Notes: generated by a model from the letters alone, not told the origin. A stretch of DNA of 64,000 nucleotides from Eledone cirrhosa (GCA_964016885.1 OZ024748.1:7874001-7938000); one strand, 5' to 3'; positions 28,941-43,518 are shown, counted from the stretch's first letter. A program made the numbers and translations.

Positions 28941-29292
28941 CTAGCAGATTTACCCGGCGTTGCTCGGGGTTTGAAATTATACTAAGAATACACAGCTAGG
29001 AAGTAAAAGAACATTATTTGTCTCCAACCTGTCAAAATAAGCAGTCTCTTTATAAGGATTGTCAATAAAGTTGGTTATCTCCCTTACATCAATTTTGCTA
29101 CCGATAATTTTGATATCAATTTTTTTATTGCTCAACGTGGGTCGATTGGGAAAATGTTTGTGATATGACCATCTTAGCGACCTGTGGAACGTGCACAGAA
29201 AATTTGGTCAAATTCGGTTGGTAATTGTAAAAGCCTTAGGTATCCAAATTTGTACACAGACACACACACAGCCTCGCTTTTATATAAATAAA

Positions 29293-29294
<2 letters not shown>
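28941..29294 (-). mobile_element. Non-autonomous Helitron
   Basis: Minus strand begins TCtttatttatataaaa and ends with hairpin cccgagcaacgccggg followed by CTAG-T. Confidence 0.72.
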
Positions 29295-29338
<44 letters not shown>

Positions 29339-29339
<1 letters not shown>

Positions 29340-29793
29340 GCAGAGGTTATATTTAATTTGTTGGGATTCAACAACCTTAAACATTTTTATAACTGATATA
29401 AAGCACTCAACAGTTTAGTGGAGTAAATACACAATATATTAATAAATGGAAACTATATTTATAAAACCATATTTATTTTATATATATTTCAATATATATC
29501 CTCTTCTTCCAACAGTTTAATTTAAATAAACCGTTATCTTTTCAATTTTTCGGACACTCATTTGCATATTCACTCATAACTTTGTATTACCCTCAATAAA
29601 TGTACTATCTCCACTATCCAGGAAGCTCCAACCGTTAAGGTTGTCTTTTTTCCGGGTATGTCAATATTTATTTATAAAACAAATCTGTATTTTATCTGAT
29701 GAAAGCGCACCATAATTTGCCTTGGTTGCCCTTGAAATATATATAATAAAATAAATATGGTTTTATAAATATAGTTTCCATTTATTAATATAT

Positions 29794-29796
<3 letters not shown>
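29339..29796 (+). mobile_element. Hammerhead-bearing element with internal inverted repeat; deleted sibling at 12714-12890
   Basis: 29433-29492 is inverted relative to 29732-29792. Both end blocks recur joined at 12714-12890. Both loci are flanked by (TA)n. Confidence 0.7.
29688..29753 (+). ncRNA. Type I hammerhead ribozyme
   Basis: tattttat CTGATGA aagcgcacca...tggttgccctt GAAA tatata TA ataaaata; 8-bp stem I. Confidence 0.78.
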
Positions 29797-29834
<38 letters not shown>

Positions 29835-29995
29835 ATATATATATATGTATGTATATATATATATATATGTATGTATATATATATATATGTATGTATATAT
29901 ATATATATGTATGTATATATATATATATATATGTATGTATATATATATATGTATGTATATATATATATGTATGTATATATATATATATATGTATG

Positions 29996-30028
<33 letters not shown>

Positions 30029-30376
30029 GTATGTATAAAATATAAATCTTTCACCGAAAGTGGTTTTTCATTACATCTCTTCTTTCCATGATATCCGGAA
30101 TACATTGAGTTCTTCATACGGATTGGACACTACCGTAAACTCTTGGTAGATTTATCTACATATGTATGTATATATATATATATGTATGTATATATATATG
30201 TATGTATGTATATATGTATGTATATATATATGTATGTATGTATATATATATGTATATATATATGTATGTATGTATATATATATGTATATATATATGTATG
30301 TATGTATATATATATGTATATATATATGTATGTATGTATATATATATGTATGTATGTATATATATATGTATGTATG

Positions 30377-30469
<93 letters not shown>

Positions 30470-30486
30470 ATATATATGTATGTATG

Positions 30487-30517
<31 letters not shown>

Positions 30518-30749
30518 ATATATATATATATATGTATGTATCTATATATATATGTATGTATCTATCTATCTATCTATCTATCTAAGGCGGGTAAAATTCC
30601 CGAGATCCATGGACGAGTTCTCTCCAGCGGTCTCTGTCCCTCATTATCGCTGCCATATCCTGCGTCTCCAACAGACCAGTGTCTGTCCTTAGGGCATCAA
30701 CATATGTTAACCTTGGTCTTCCTCTTCTAGTGTGTCCATGTAGTCGGAC

Positions 30750-30998
30750 CGCCTCTTCATTGCTGTAGTGGAGTCTGTGCTGCTGTATGGGTCTGAGACT
30801 TGGACACTGACCAAGAAACTCACTCAGATGGTGGATGGGTGCTACACGTGAATGCTGAGGATGGCTCTGAACATTAATCAGTATACACAGAGGATGAGAA
30901 ACTCAGAGCTGTATGGGAGCCTCCGAAAAGTCAGCTCAAAAGTGACACAGAGGAGACTGAGGTTGGCTGGACATGCTCACCGACATCCAGAGTTGACA
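30750..30998 (+). mobile_element. RTE-like LINE fragment
   Basis: LLYGSETWTLTK...MLRMALNI...RRLRLAGH, with an in-frame stop. Confidence 0.75.
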
Positions 30999-31387
30999 TA
31001 TGTATGTATATATATATATATATATGTATCATCATCATCATCATCATCATCAACGTTTAACGTCCGTGTTCCACGCTTGCATGGGTTTGGACGGGGGTAG
31101 TCCCACTTGAGGCAAGAGTGATTGTCTTGCTCGCATAGGACTGTCTGGCAGGTTTTCTACAGTTGGATGCCCTTCCTAACACCAACCACATTTACAGTGT
31201 GGGTCTGGGAGGTTTTTACCGTGTTGCCTACACGGCCACATTACAGCGTGGACTGTGTGTTTTTTTGTCGTGACACCTACACGATCTCATTTGTTTCGGC
31301 CTGGATGGCGCGGCACCAACATAACTTTACATAGAACGGGGTGGTGTGGATGGGGTGGGGGTGGTGGCGGGACGGGGTGTATTTTGT

Positions 31388-31546
31388 TAGAGATGCCTAC
31401 TGGCAAGGCGGGTCTTCTCTGTTACTGAGTACCGCCAAAGGTCTCGGTCCAGTGACATTGTCTTGGAGAGGTGTAAGTGTGTGAGGTCGGAGTTTATCAG
31501 CTCATCCCATGTTTTTCTAGGTCTGCCTATTCCGTGGCTACCGTCT
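31388..31546 (-). mobile_element. RTE LINE 3' fragment
   Basis: GIGRPRKTWDELINSDL...DRDLWR. Confidence 0.7.
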
Positions 31547-31565
31547 ATATATATATATAAATATG

Positions 31566-31617
<52 letters not shown>

Positions 31618-32218
31618 TATTGGATTAAGTGTGTTCAGGTGCTATTGTACTTCAAATATTAACACATTGACACATAATGACAAAGAGCTTGACTTTACTT
31701 ATGAGTACATCTTGCCTGAGGGCGGAGGGATTTTTGAAATGTAGGGTGACTGATGCAGCGGGTAGGGTATCTCTGGCTGTTCTCCTTCATGGGGTACACC
31801 CTGAGACATACCACCTAAAATGGGTAGAGGTGTGAGGTAGAGTGTGTCGCTCCCTCCCACATACTTTTTACTTTTGCTATTTAATAGATTTTTTTCTATT
31901 GTATTATATTTGTGTTTTATCTTTTTATAATATAATATAACATAATATATAATATAATATATATAATAATATATATAATATAATATAATATATATAAATA
32001 TAATATAATATATATAATATATATAATATAATATATAATATATTTAATATAATATAATATATAATATAATATAATATATAATATATAATATATATAATAT
32101 ATAATATAATATATAATATAATATAATATAATATATAATATAATATAATATAATATATAATATATATAATATAATATATAATATATATAATATAATATAA
32201 TACATATAATATATAATA

Positions 32219-32402
32219 TAATTGTTTCTACTTTTGGCACAAGGCCAGCAATTATCTCAGTGTATTACTGGTACTTTATTTTATCGACCCCGTAAGGATG
32301 AAAGGCAAAGTTAACCTCGGCGGGATTTGAACTCAATCCGCAAAGGGACGTAACTGTTCTGCAAAGCATGGCGTCCGACCCTCTACCGATACTGCCAATC
32401 CC
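32219..32402 (-). mobile_element. SINE family A inside an ATATA/AATAT satellite
   Basis: Same consensus. Confidence 0.88.
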
Positions 32403-32484
32403 CCATATAATATATAATATAATATAATATAATATAATATAATATAATATAATATAATATAATATAATATAATATAATATATAA

Positions 32485-32882
32485 TATGAGGGCAATCCCA
32501 AAAGTAAGGTCTCCTTCCGATATTGCAACTTTTCCGTTAAAATCCGGTGGATGGTGCTTCGGGAAACCTCAGGAACCAAAATGCAGAGAGCATCCATAGT
32601 GATCCGACGTTCTTTACGCATGTTTTCCTCGGAAGGAGACCTTTCTTTAGGGTTTGCCCTCGTATATAATAACTGCGCGAAATTCGCACTTGGCGGTAAC
32701 GTTCAACGGGAGCTCTATTCTCAACGGCTGCCAAGCCAAGATTGAGCATCCTAGCGAAGCGCGCGCATGTTTGTTTGGGAGTGAAGGAAGCACCAATCAC
32801 AACAGTGTTGCCAACAGCCGTACGAACAGTTTCTCTGCGTCCCCAGCGCTTTGGAGACCTTACTTTTGGGATTACCCTTGTA
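32485..32882 (-). mobile_element. Internally deleted mariner element
   Basis: ~28-bp TIRs (agggyaatcccaaaagtaaggtctcc) with TA ends; transposase remnant ERRITMDAL...SRSTIHRILTEKLQYRK. Confidence 0.85.
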
Positions 32883-33453
32883 TATATTATATAATATATA
32901 TATAAAATAGTAGCAGAAAAACCACCCTTTGGGTGGTTTTCTGCTAGCATATGTAGTGTGTATTATACGCAAGTATATATACATGAAGATATGATACATC
33001 AAATAAAATCGTAATTGACAATATAAACAGAAATTGAACGAAGACGTTATTACACTATCTTATGTAATCAGTAACGTTATCCATGATACATTAAAAAAAA
33101 ACGATATTATATATAAACTGCATTAGGAGAAAATTAGTGACAGAAAATTAGTATGTTTATTTAAGTGATCGCCACCGGAAGTGTTGACATCACACACTTT
33201 CTCTCTTTCTATATATATGGTAGTTGAAGTGGTGGTGTTGGCAACGATATACCGGAAGTGCAACTTTGAAAAGAAGTCAATTATAAATTATTTATTTTTA
33301 CGAAATTATTTTTGTTTACGAAATTTAGTAGATAAATTATGTAATATTCATTCACTATTTATTCAAAGTAATCCAACTTATTTTACTAACGGGATAAACA
33401 AATAAATAAACCGTACGCAGTCCCGCAGACCTTCCTTTATTATAGTTTAGATA

Positions 33454-33666
33454 CAGGGTGGGTCAAAAGTCACTTCCTATTAAAAAAAATTCATAATTTT
33501 TTTATTCTTAAAATATTAGATTTTTTTTTCCTTTCAGAATAAAGTTGAATAAAAACAACATCCAATTATGAAATTTAATTCAAATATAAAAAGAAAATTA
33601 GTTTTGATTTAATTTGTAATGTTGCATTAATAAAAATAGGCGAGAAGTGACTTTTGGCACACCCTG
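33454..33666. mobile_element. Tc1-like MITE
   Basis: TIRs cagggtgggtcaaaagtcactt / aagtgacttttggcacaccctg; left TA. Confidence 0.75.
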
Positions 33667-33671
33667 TGTAA

Positions 33672-33858
33672 TATTGTTTCTATTTTTTGGCAAAAGGCCA
33701 GCAATTATTTCAGTGCATTACTGATGCTTTATTTTATCGACCCCGTAAGAATGAAAGGCAAAGTTAACCATGGCAGGATTTGAACTCAGACTGTAAAGGG
33801 CCGTAACTCTATGTTGCACAGCATGACATCCAACCCTCTACTGATACTGTCAATCCAC
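33672..33858 (-). mobile_element. SINE family A
   Basis: Same consensus. Confidence 0.85.
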
Positions 33859-34885
33859 TTTCTTATAAGATTAATTCTACAATCCCAGACAGAGAATGAA
33901 CTTATAACTTTGAATGGAACTTATAACTTGAATGAACTTATAACTTATAACTACAAATTTGAGCACTCTTGTCAAGTGAGCCTCCAGTGAACTTATAATA
34001 TAATATGATATAATATAGTATAATATAATTGTTTCTACTTTTGGCACAGGGCCAGCAATTACCCAGTACATTACTGGCACTTTATTTTATCGATCCCGTA
34101 AGGATGAAAGGCAAAGTTAGTATAATATAATATAGTATAATATATGGTATAATACAATATGATATAATACAATATAATATATATAATATAATATAATATA
34201 TATAATATAATATATATAATATAATATAAAATGTTATAATATAATATAAAATGTTATAATATAATATATAATATATTACTCTTGAAACTAAAGAGAGATA
34301 TTTCTCTTGAAACTAAAGAGAGATTGTGAGAGAATATTGAGACAATTCGGTGTAAGAGGAAAGTTCAAAGGTGACGAGATTTGTATGCTAAGGTGATCTA
34401 AGCTCAGTTAACCATAGTTTGAAAGATGCAAATAAGATTGCCATGTTAGTTTAATATGTGCAGCTTTAGAATGATCTGCAGCTCATATTTCATGAAATTC
34501 CTAACAACATTGGTTGAAAGTTGAAACAGCTGTTGACTGTTATGTATTGTTTGAAAATCACTCGGTTTCGTTCTCTGTATTGTCTGTTGCAAAAAGCCCT
34601 TCAGTAAATTGTATTTCAAACATACTGCAATACTAAACACACACACACACACTTACCCACATGCACACACACAACAAACAAATAAAAATCAAATTACTGG
34701 ATGAATTGAAGTAGTGAAGAATATTTATAGAGAATACAAATAACATCTACTTTGGTTCCTTTTTGCGAACACACACACATATATGTGTGTGTCGGTGTGC
34801 GAAAAGTAAACAAGAACAACAAAACAAACAACACAGTACAATGAAGAAATATATTAGTTTAATGCTTGATATATTAGGAAAAGAG

Positions 34886-34920
34886 TCTTTAGGTTTCGGA
34901 CACTAGTCCTTTATCAGAAT
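34886..34920 (-). ncRNA. Degenerate minimal hammerhead (same family as 13456)
   Basis: CTGATAA a ggac-tagt-gtcc GAAA cc TA aagac; core G8 changed. Confidence 0.45.
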
Positions 34921-35070
34921 ATAGAATAAGGAATAGAAGATTAAATAGAAAGATAGAGGGGGAGGAGACGAAGGGCCGAGGAAATAATTTTTGGGGAGAA
35001 AAAGCACGTGTGTGTTCAGCCAGCCCTTTTTGGAAATGTGTGTGTGTGTGTGTGTGTGAGTGTGTGTAGC

Positions 35071-35254
35071 CATTGGCAGTATCGGTAGAGGGCTGACGCC
35101 ATGCTTTGCAGCAAAGAGTTACGACCCCTTATGGTCCGAGTTCAAATCCCGCCGAGGTTAACTTTGCCTTTCATCCTTACAGAGTCGATAAAATAAAGCA
35201 CCAGTAATACACTGGGATAATTGTTGGCCTTGTGCCAAAAGTAGAAACAATTAT
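35071..35254 (+). mobile_element. SINE family A, opposite orientation
   Basis: ttggcagtatcggtagag...gagttcaaatcccgccgagg...gtagaaacaatt on the + strand. Confidence 0.88.
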
Positions 35255-35907
35255 TTAGTAGAGAAAGTGGATAGGTGACGTCTGCCATACAAACTATCCA
35301 TATTTATTTTAACATCTGGTCAGGTATGTGTCCACTTCCTGTGTATCCTGAAGTCTCAAGTTACTAAATGTTGGCATGTTTACACAGGACGCCTTACAGA
35401 ATGAGCTGTAAACGAGTATTAGAAAGATTAACGCTATTCTCACGAGACTATAAAATTACCTGACATTGTTTCAATGTCACTTTACATTGTTTGTTTCCAT
35501 TCCACTATTGTCTCACCCATAATATATATAGTATCACATATCAGTTATTTTAATGGTTGAGGGGAACACTATCCAAGGAACATTCTATTAAAAAGTGTAT
35601 CGTTGTTCATAATGTATTGGTTTTTGGTGGAGGAAGGGCAAGTCGACCAAATCGACCCAAGTGCATCACTGGTACTTTATTTCATCGACCAAGTAAGGAT
35701 GAAAGGCAACGCTAACCTCAGCGGAATTTGGATCTAGATTCAAAATGTAAAGAGCCGTAATAAAACTCCGCAAATCATACTGTCCGATGATATATCGATA
35801 CTGCCAAATCTATCGCCTTCACAATAAGAAAATAATAAGAAACTAATCGAAATATCTAGATTTAGCTATTAAGTAACCAAATATACAGTAAATTAAAGTT
35901 AATTTAC

Positions 35908-35997
35908 CTTGGCCCATTTACTATTAGGATTTCCTTCCATGCGCCAGTAGACCACGTAGCCAATACCAGGGGCACATTGTTCCTCGGGAGGCAATGG
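35908..35997 (-). CDS. Cont: Contactin exon, FN3-2 middle (PLPPEEQCAPGIGYVVYWR...)
   Basis: tttcag/gtaaat; 90 nt, phase 0-0. Confidence 0.92.
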
Positions 35998-37686
35998 CTG
36001 AAAAATATCAGAAATAATAAAGAGGATAATTTTTGAAAAACAATCAAATGGTTTTGTTGCAGTGGCAAACAGTGAGTGTGTTTTACTTTTTTTTTTCTGA
36101 CAATATTAGAACAACATGGCCTTTCCCAAATATAACAAGGTCTTGTTGCAACAAAGTGGAAAGTTTGAATTCTGGACTGAATTAATTTTGTCCTTGAACA
36201 AGGCTTTTATTTCACCTTACTCAGTCCACTCATCTGGTAAAAAGGAGTCACACCAACACAGTCACCAAGCTGTATCGGCCTTTACCTTTCCATTGGATAA
36301 TATCGATGTCATAAAGAGAGAAGACTAGTATACACGGAAAACTGCTGAATTTTCCACAATCGAACCTGTCTATGGTTGTGCTTTGGAGAGACAAATCTAT
36401 CGTTAGCGGGCCATGGGTGTAAAGCCGATGGTCAAGTGGTTGACATAATATAGACACAAACACATTAACATAGTGTGTATAGTACAAAAACGTATTAACA
36501 TTGATTAAAACACCTGAAATAGAACGCAATACGAAACATAGTCAAATATAAACATTAAACAAAATCAAACACATTGATATCCAAACACAGAATCGTTACA
36601 ACGATAATAACGTTAGAATATCAGTTAAAATACACTGTAGTTTAAGGGTATTTTACTTGATTTTCTAACGCTATTATCATTGTAACGATTTCAAATGTTT
36701 CGAGTCATCCAAACGCCTCGTTAAATCGCAAGACATTTAAAAATGTATCTGTATGTGTGTGTATATGTGTGTGTGTATGAGTACGTTGCGACCGTGTCAA
36801 TGTTTATACTTACATCGGATTAAGAAACCGTTGTTGTTGTGTATGCTATATTAATCTAAGTCCCATAACTGAATAGTTCACAACATAGACAGCAATGCTT
36901 AGCAGATTAAGGAAGTCACCCATATAGCAGAAATGAAACCTAATTTCAATAGAAAGCAGGAATGGAATAGTAACAATCCCACGACCTAGAGATTGAGGAT
37001 AAAAATATTAGGACACACTGGGCTAGATACACAGGAGTGCACTAACATAGAAATGGGAATTAGTGTGTGTGTATGTATAGGTATGGACATATGAAAACTG
37101 GTGCAAAGTCGCCAAGGTTTACTCAAATAGATCCCACATGCAGATAGGTGTAAACACACAGAAACTTGCGGGAGTAAGAATATATAAAGACAAACGCACA
37201 TACACACACATGTGTAGAGAGTTACATTCGTTTACCACACACATCACAGAATGACAGAAAGATAAAGAAGAGATGGTGTAACTGGAGCAAAGCCGAAACG
37301 AAGAGGAGAACCAGGGGACCAAAATAGTTCTAAAGAATGTCACAGTATTCGCGACGAAGGAGCTTTGTCAATTAAATAACCATCTGGTCGCTAAACCAAC
37401 CAATGGATGGCTTAGTTACCTAACTAATAATAAACACCCAAGTGAAATACAACTGGTGCGTGCTCATATTTATATTGGCAGCACGACCCACCCAGCATGT
37501 GTGTGTATATATATATATATATATGCGATTATAGTGTAATAGTTCACTATTTTCTTTGGTAAGATGAGTTAGGCTCGATGCACTTTTTTTTTACCCTTCG
37601 TTCTTCAGAAGCGAACATAAACTGGATGAATATATTATGATAATATAAATAAATAAATAAAAATAATAATCATGGGTGTTATTGAA

Positions 37687-37768
<82 letters not shown>

Positions 37769-39319
37769 TATGGTGGTATCCAAAACTTCTTTTCTCCAAT
37801 AACTTCAGGTACTACTAACCAACTTTCTGTATACAACAGACTTCGTTCTATCTGTTTATAATATAATGAAATTGTGTACAGTGCTCAGGTGCACTACAAC
37901 TATCTGCGTTATAGTCTAACTTCTCTACTTTTCATTTTTCTCTCATTCTGTTCCAATCAGTTTTATATATCTGACACGTATCTCTTCCATAGATGATAAC
38001 TAGAAAATCATTTTCATATTTTTAAAAAACTATTTCGACCCTTTTCAAATCAAATTCAGTTTAGTCACCACAGATTTAATCATTGCTGTTTTCTGTAGTA
38101 ACCAACTTTAATAGTTTCAATAGGTCCAATAATCTTCAATGATTTTACAACATTGGTTCCCTCATGCTGTATGGAAACATTATCTATTTCTTTATTGGTC
38201 CTTATCTTTGTTTTGTCGACATTACGAAAAAACTCAACATTTTCAGAAAGTTTAACAACTTCCAGCAACAAAGTGAGGTTATGCTTGTTTTCTAAAACCA
38301 ACTTGCTTGGTATATCTGAATTTGTTCATTATTATCCCCCGCAAATATTTATAACAATTTGAATTTTATTCGGTTTTCATTCTCTTAAAATATTTTCATT
38401 ATATAAATTAAGTATGCAGAACGTATTTTGAACATTATAGAAGCAAGAAAATTAAGAAGACAAATCAAAAAGAAATTGACATCCTCGTGTACGTTTCTCT
38501 CTTTAATACAGCTGTCATAATGAAATATTTGCGCATATTTTTCAGTTGGTGTGATTATAAGAACTCACATATACAGAGAAACCGAAATATAGAACTGAAT
38601 ATATATTTCATATGCATTCTAATTAGATTTGTAAATATTTCACACTTATATCCAGAGTAAATATATTTATTACATTATCGAGAGGAATATTTTTGCTTGT
38701 AAATACATACATATAAATCTTGGCATATTCTCGAAACGCTTGAGTTCTAGTGGAATTTCGATTAAAAGTAGAGAAGTACCAGTATCCAGCTGTTCCTCGC
38801 TTGTTATATGATAACATACCATTCCTACACTTGAAAAGAAGTAATATGATATAGAAAATGCTTAGCTTGTTCTTCATGCATATCTCATTACTGACACAAG
38901 CGACCTAGATTCAAAGAAGAATCTCAAAGATACAAGAATTAAACCTTGTTTCCGTTGTAGTATTTTGTGTTTTATCTGCTTAATAATAATTTGAATTGTC
39001 TGAGGACTAAAGTTTGAACTAAAGTGCAGCAGCTTTAAAATGAAAACAAAAAGGAAAACTAAAGATGAGGTTTTGTTTCAGAATAAATGGAGATAGAAAT
39101 GTCAAAGGGAATATGAAACCCTTCAGCACCAGTCATTTGTAGTAAGTTGAGCTATTTTTAGAGGATCTATATAAAGGAAAAAATTACTTTGGCCTCTTCA
39201 CAGATTTCTTTGAAAAATTACATCGCAATAATCTTGAAATTAGTTTCAAAATTTCAAGAAATATACACACACGATCTCTCTCTACTCCATATATATAATA
39301 TTTTTCAGCATTACTTTCT

Positions 39320-39351
<32 letters not shown>

Positions 39352-39548
39352 TGTATGTATGTATGTATGTATGTATGTATGTATGTATGTATGTATGTAT
39401 GTGTGCGTGTGTATGTATGTATGTCGCTGGCTGGACTAAAAAGTCACTCGTTCAGCGCATCGGTAGGGGTTCTCCTACATGGATATAAAGTAGTGGCCGT
39501 ACTCGAAAACGAGTTGGCAGCCACCATGTATGTATGTATGTATGTATG

Positions 39549-39579
<31 letters not shown>

Positions 39580-39614
39580 GTAAGTAAGTAAGTAAGTAAG
39601 TATTATGTATGTAT

Positions 39615-39693
<79 letters not shown>

Positions 39694-40162
39694 TTCACAT
39701 ATTAGATAGTGGCCAGGCTGGCCACAGCCTTAAAGAGATTGCAGTCGACTATATCGTCTCCAGTACTTACGTTTTTCAAGTGTGGGACTTTTTCCATTGA
39801 TCTTTATTTATCGAACCACACACACACACGTATGTGTGTTTATGTAAGCCTAAATGCACATGGGAAAAGAAAACGGACATTGAGGACGAGCAAACAAAAG
39901 CATGTATCTCCAGTCAACTCCTGAAATAAATCCCTGCAATTTAGGCAGGATTGCTACTTTATTTCCAGTATGTACAACAACAAGCGAATGGCAAACCGCC
40001 GGAAAGATGCGCGTGGGGCAATATAACAAAATAAAAACGCACGTGCGGAAAATACAGAAAGAAATATATTGGAACAAAACCCAATGAACCAGAGAATTAC
40101 AAAAGAAACAGCACATGACCAATGAAATTACGATTGGTCTTACTATTCTAAGCTGGTAACTC

Positions 40163-40205
<43 letters not shown>

Positions 40206-40749
40206 TTATATATTGATTTCTGTTGATATATATGCTCCTAGCTTAGTTAAGAAGTGCTTTGTGTGTTAGTGTGTGAGTTATTTCTAGTATTACACCTTAC
40301 CACTTTCATCCTATCAAACGTTATAGTTTTATTTTTATCCTACACGTGACCTGAGAGCTAATATTGTTCTACAATTTCAAGACGTCTACTAAAGATTGCA
40401 GTTCTTGGCTTCATAATTTGCCGATGTTAATCAGCGGTAAATGTTGATGATTTTTGCTGTAAGAAATGGTACCGTGTAGACATTATAAAACCTTAGTGGC
40501 AGTGTAAGTATGATATTTATTCTGTCTACGTATTTTAAACCTAATTAGATTAACTTAATTAATTGTTCGCTGCAAAATATTAGTTTTGTGGTTTCCTATG
40601 ATATTGACAGTGTGTAAAGCTCTGAGATCTTGGATTCTTGGCCCAAATTCTGTGATGAGCCAGATGATCGTTATATATTATATATCGATCTGTTTTGATA
40701 TATATATATTTACAAGAAACCGAATTCAATCCAAATAAATTTTACTTAC

Positions 40750-40844
40750 AGTCCAAGTCATGGCCAAATCGCCAACTTTTCCACCACCCCCACCGACATT
40801 ATCTGGTGCTCTTTTAGGAGGAGAAGATAAGGTTTGGTAATCAG
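40750..40844 (-). CDS. Cont: Contactin exon, FN3-2 start (APDNVGGGGGKVGDLAMTW)
   Basis: Contactin-typical poly-Gly linker; caag/gtaagt. Confidence 0.93.
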
Positions 40845-41018
40845 CTTGAAAAAAAAAAATTCAAAATAGTAAAGTGAATGATATAAATAAAGAACATTTA
40901 ATATAATTATAAAAAATTCAAGAAACTCCAATTATCTTTAGAAGAACATTTCAAGCTATGAATTTTACGACAATCAGAATAAATATTGAAAAAAAGGGTA
41001 ATATTATTAAATGTTTAC

Positions 41019-41159
41019 CTGAAGGTAAACTTGGTAGACCAACTCCAAGTTTATTTATAGCACTAACACGAAATCTATATTGATTATTTGGTTGTAACCC
41101 CACAACTTGGAAAGACTTGAATATTCGGTCCTGAACAATGACAGCAGATGACGGGATTT
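41019..41159 (-). CDS. Cont: Contactin exon, FN3-1 C-half
   Basis: GLQPNNQYRFRVSAINKLGVGLPSLPS; gtag/gtaaac. Confidence 0.95.
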
Positions 41160-42050
41160 CTACAAGAAAACAATACTTTACATTTTTCTCATAATTTGTT
41201 GAATAGAAAACTTTCTCTTTCATTTTCTATAATATTGTTTATATTTGTAGATGAAAGACACAATTACACTTTCTTTCTTTCTTTCTTTCTCAGCCCCCCC
41301 CCCCTTCTCTGTTTCTCACATCATTCGTCTCAATTTCACCAGACTCACGATCTTCGCCCTCAACAGTGACCCCCTACAGATATATCTCTCCATATTTTTT
41401 CAAACTCCACACCTGTTAGCCAGCCGTTTTTTTCCGAATCATCCGCATCTGGTCACTTAGGCTTTGTTGCGTCACAACACTTGTCTTCCCTCTAGATTTT
41501 CTGCATTCGTTTTCTGTTGTAACCTTTTATAGACTTTCCTCTCATCAACGACAGACTTACGCAAGATACAACACTTTATTACAGCTGCATTCAACTTCTT
41601 CGAACATCCTGACTTGTTTTTACTTCGGTGATGTCCTCTTTCCTTTGCTTCATGTAAACCCCACTTTGTGATGTGTTGTCTTTGTCCTTGTATTGTCTTG
41701 ATCATCATCATCATCATCATCATCTTCCTGATAATTATTATTATTATTATTATTAATATTGAGGATGAAAGGTTGGCTTTGCCTTTCATCCTTACGGGGT
41801 CGATAAAATAAAGTACCAGTCTCACACTGGGGTCGATTTAATCGACTTTCCCTACCCCTCAAGTTGTTGGCCTTGTACCTAAATCAGAAACTCTCTGAGT
41901 TCAAATCCTGCCGAGATTAACTTTACCTTTCATCCTCGATAAAATAAAGTACCAGTAATGTACTGTGGTAATTGCTGGCCTTGTGCTAAAAGTACAAATA
42001 ATAATAACTATTATTATATCACCGAAAAGGAAAACTTATGTGTAATTTAC

Positions 42051-42209
42051 CTCGAGTTGCCATTTTCCATTCTGGGTTTAACTTATTTGAACTTTCTATA
42101 ATATATCGTGTAATGGGATAACCATTATCAATTGGTGATAACCAATGTATATTAATTCTATCTTCTGTAGTTTCATCACCGTAGACACCACCTGGTTCAC
42201 CGGGAGGAC
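42051..42209 (-). CDS. Cont: Contactin exon, FN3-1 N-half
   Basis: GPPGEPGGV...W...DNGYPITRYIIE; ttcag/gtaaat. Confidence 0.95.
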
Positions 42210-43456
42210 CTGAACAGAAATAAAACAATAGTCTGAGAAAAAGCATTAACATCACAAATTTTAAAAACAAAAACAGAAATATAATCTTTTGTTACAATAT
42301 AAGGGCAGTCCTGCCAACTTCTAAAAGCCCCAGAATGTGTCCTCGGTGGGAATTGAACCCGTAACGTAGAAATACGTAACTAAATACTACAAAACATGCT
42401 GTCCAACTCTATCGATAATATCAATTCACTGCCTTAATATAAAAAAATATAGTAATGTTTCTCATGATGCCAGACTTGCGAATCTTTAAAAACCCAAACA
42501 AGGAATACCATGAAAAAAGTTGCCCCAAAACGGGGAGAAATGATTTTACATAATGAAAGCTATACCCATTTTCACAAAAGAGGACGTCTCTCACCCAGTC
42601 CAAAATGGGTGGGAGAGAGTTGACAGGTCTGTATCCGAGCGTCACAATGTCTAGGCCATCTCTTCAGTGCCGGAACGTAGTTCAACTATTAACAGTAGCT
42701 GACCCTCTTCAGAACACAGGGGTGACCCACTTTAAACTACTTCATCGACCTCAATAATATGTGAAACTGTCACGGCTATGAGCTTTGAAACTTTCCCTCA
42801 GATAATATTACGATAAAAACAATATAACTTACGCTCATAGGGTTTTATATGTATAAAACCAAATAAAACAAACTGAAGTGTTATAGTACGGGCTATAAGT
42901 GTTGCTATCATAACTTTAGCTACAGTGAACAATTTCGTTGTAACAAGTTTGTCGCCAACCTGTACAAAGAGCTGACTGCATTTTCATGCCTTCCTTTATC
43001 GGTAAACTCTTGACATAAACTCATTGTTTGTGCAAGTCTATTGAAGCCGTTCACGTTCAAACAAGATCACATCATCTAGGTAACCGTAACAATAGTTGAC
43101 AATATATTAATCATCTTTTAAGTTTTACGTTTATTTTATAAAAAGAGAAAAAGAAATGTATTCATCGTTACAGTAGGTTATTTGCCCCTCCCCACACATT
43201 GAACAGAAATCTAACCCTCAAAGGGCTTAAGCATCTTTATTTATAGTTATTTATTTAATCATAAACAAATCTATTTCAACTAACAACAACACTATAGATG
43301 TTTAAAAAATAAAAACGAAGAGAAGGGCAAGTGTTCTGGGGTCACAGAAGAATGGGAGGTCCACTTTGCCTTCCATCCTTTGGAGGTTTATAAAAACAAT
43401 ACTGTCAAGTATTGGGGTCTATTCTTACTCTATATCTCTTTCTCACTTCCCCACTA

Positions 43457-43518
<62 letters not shown>

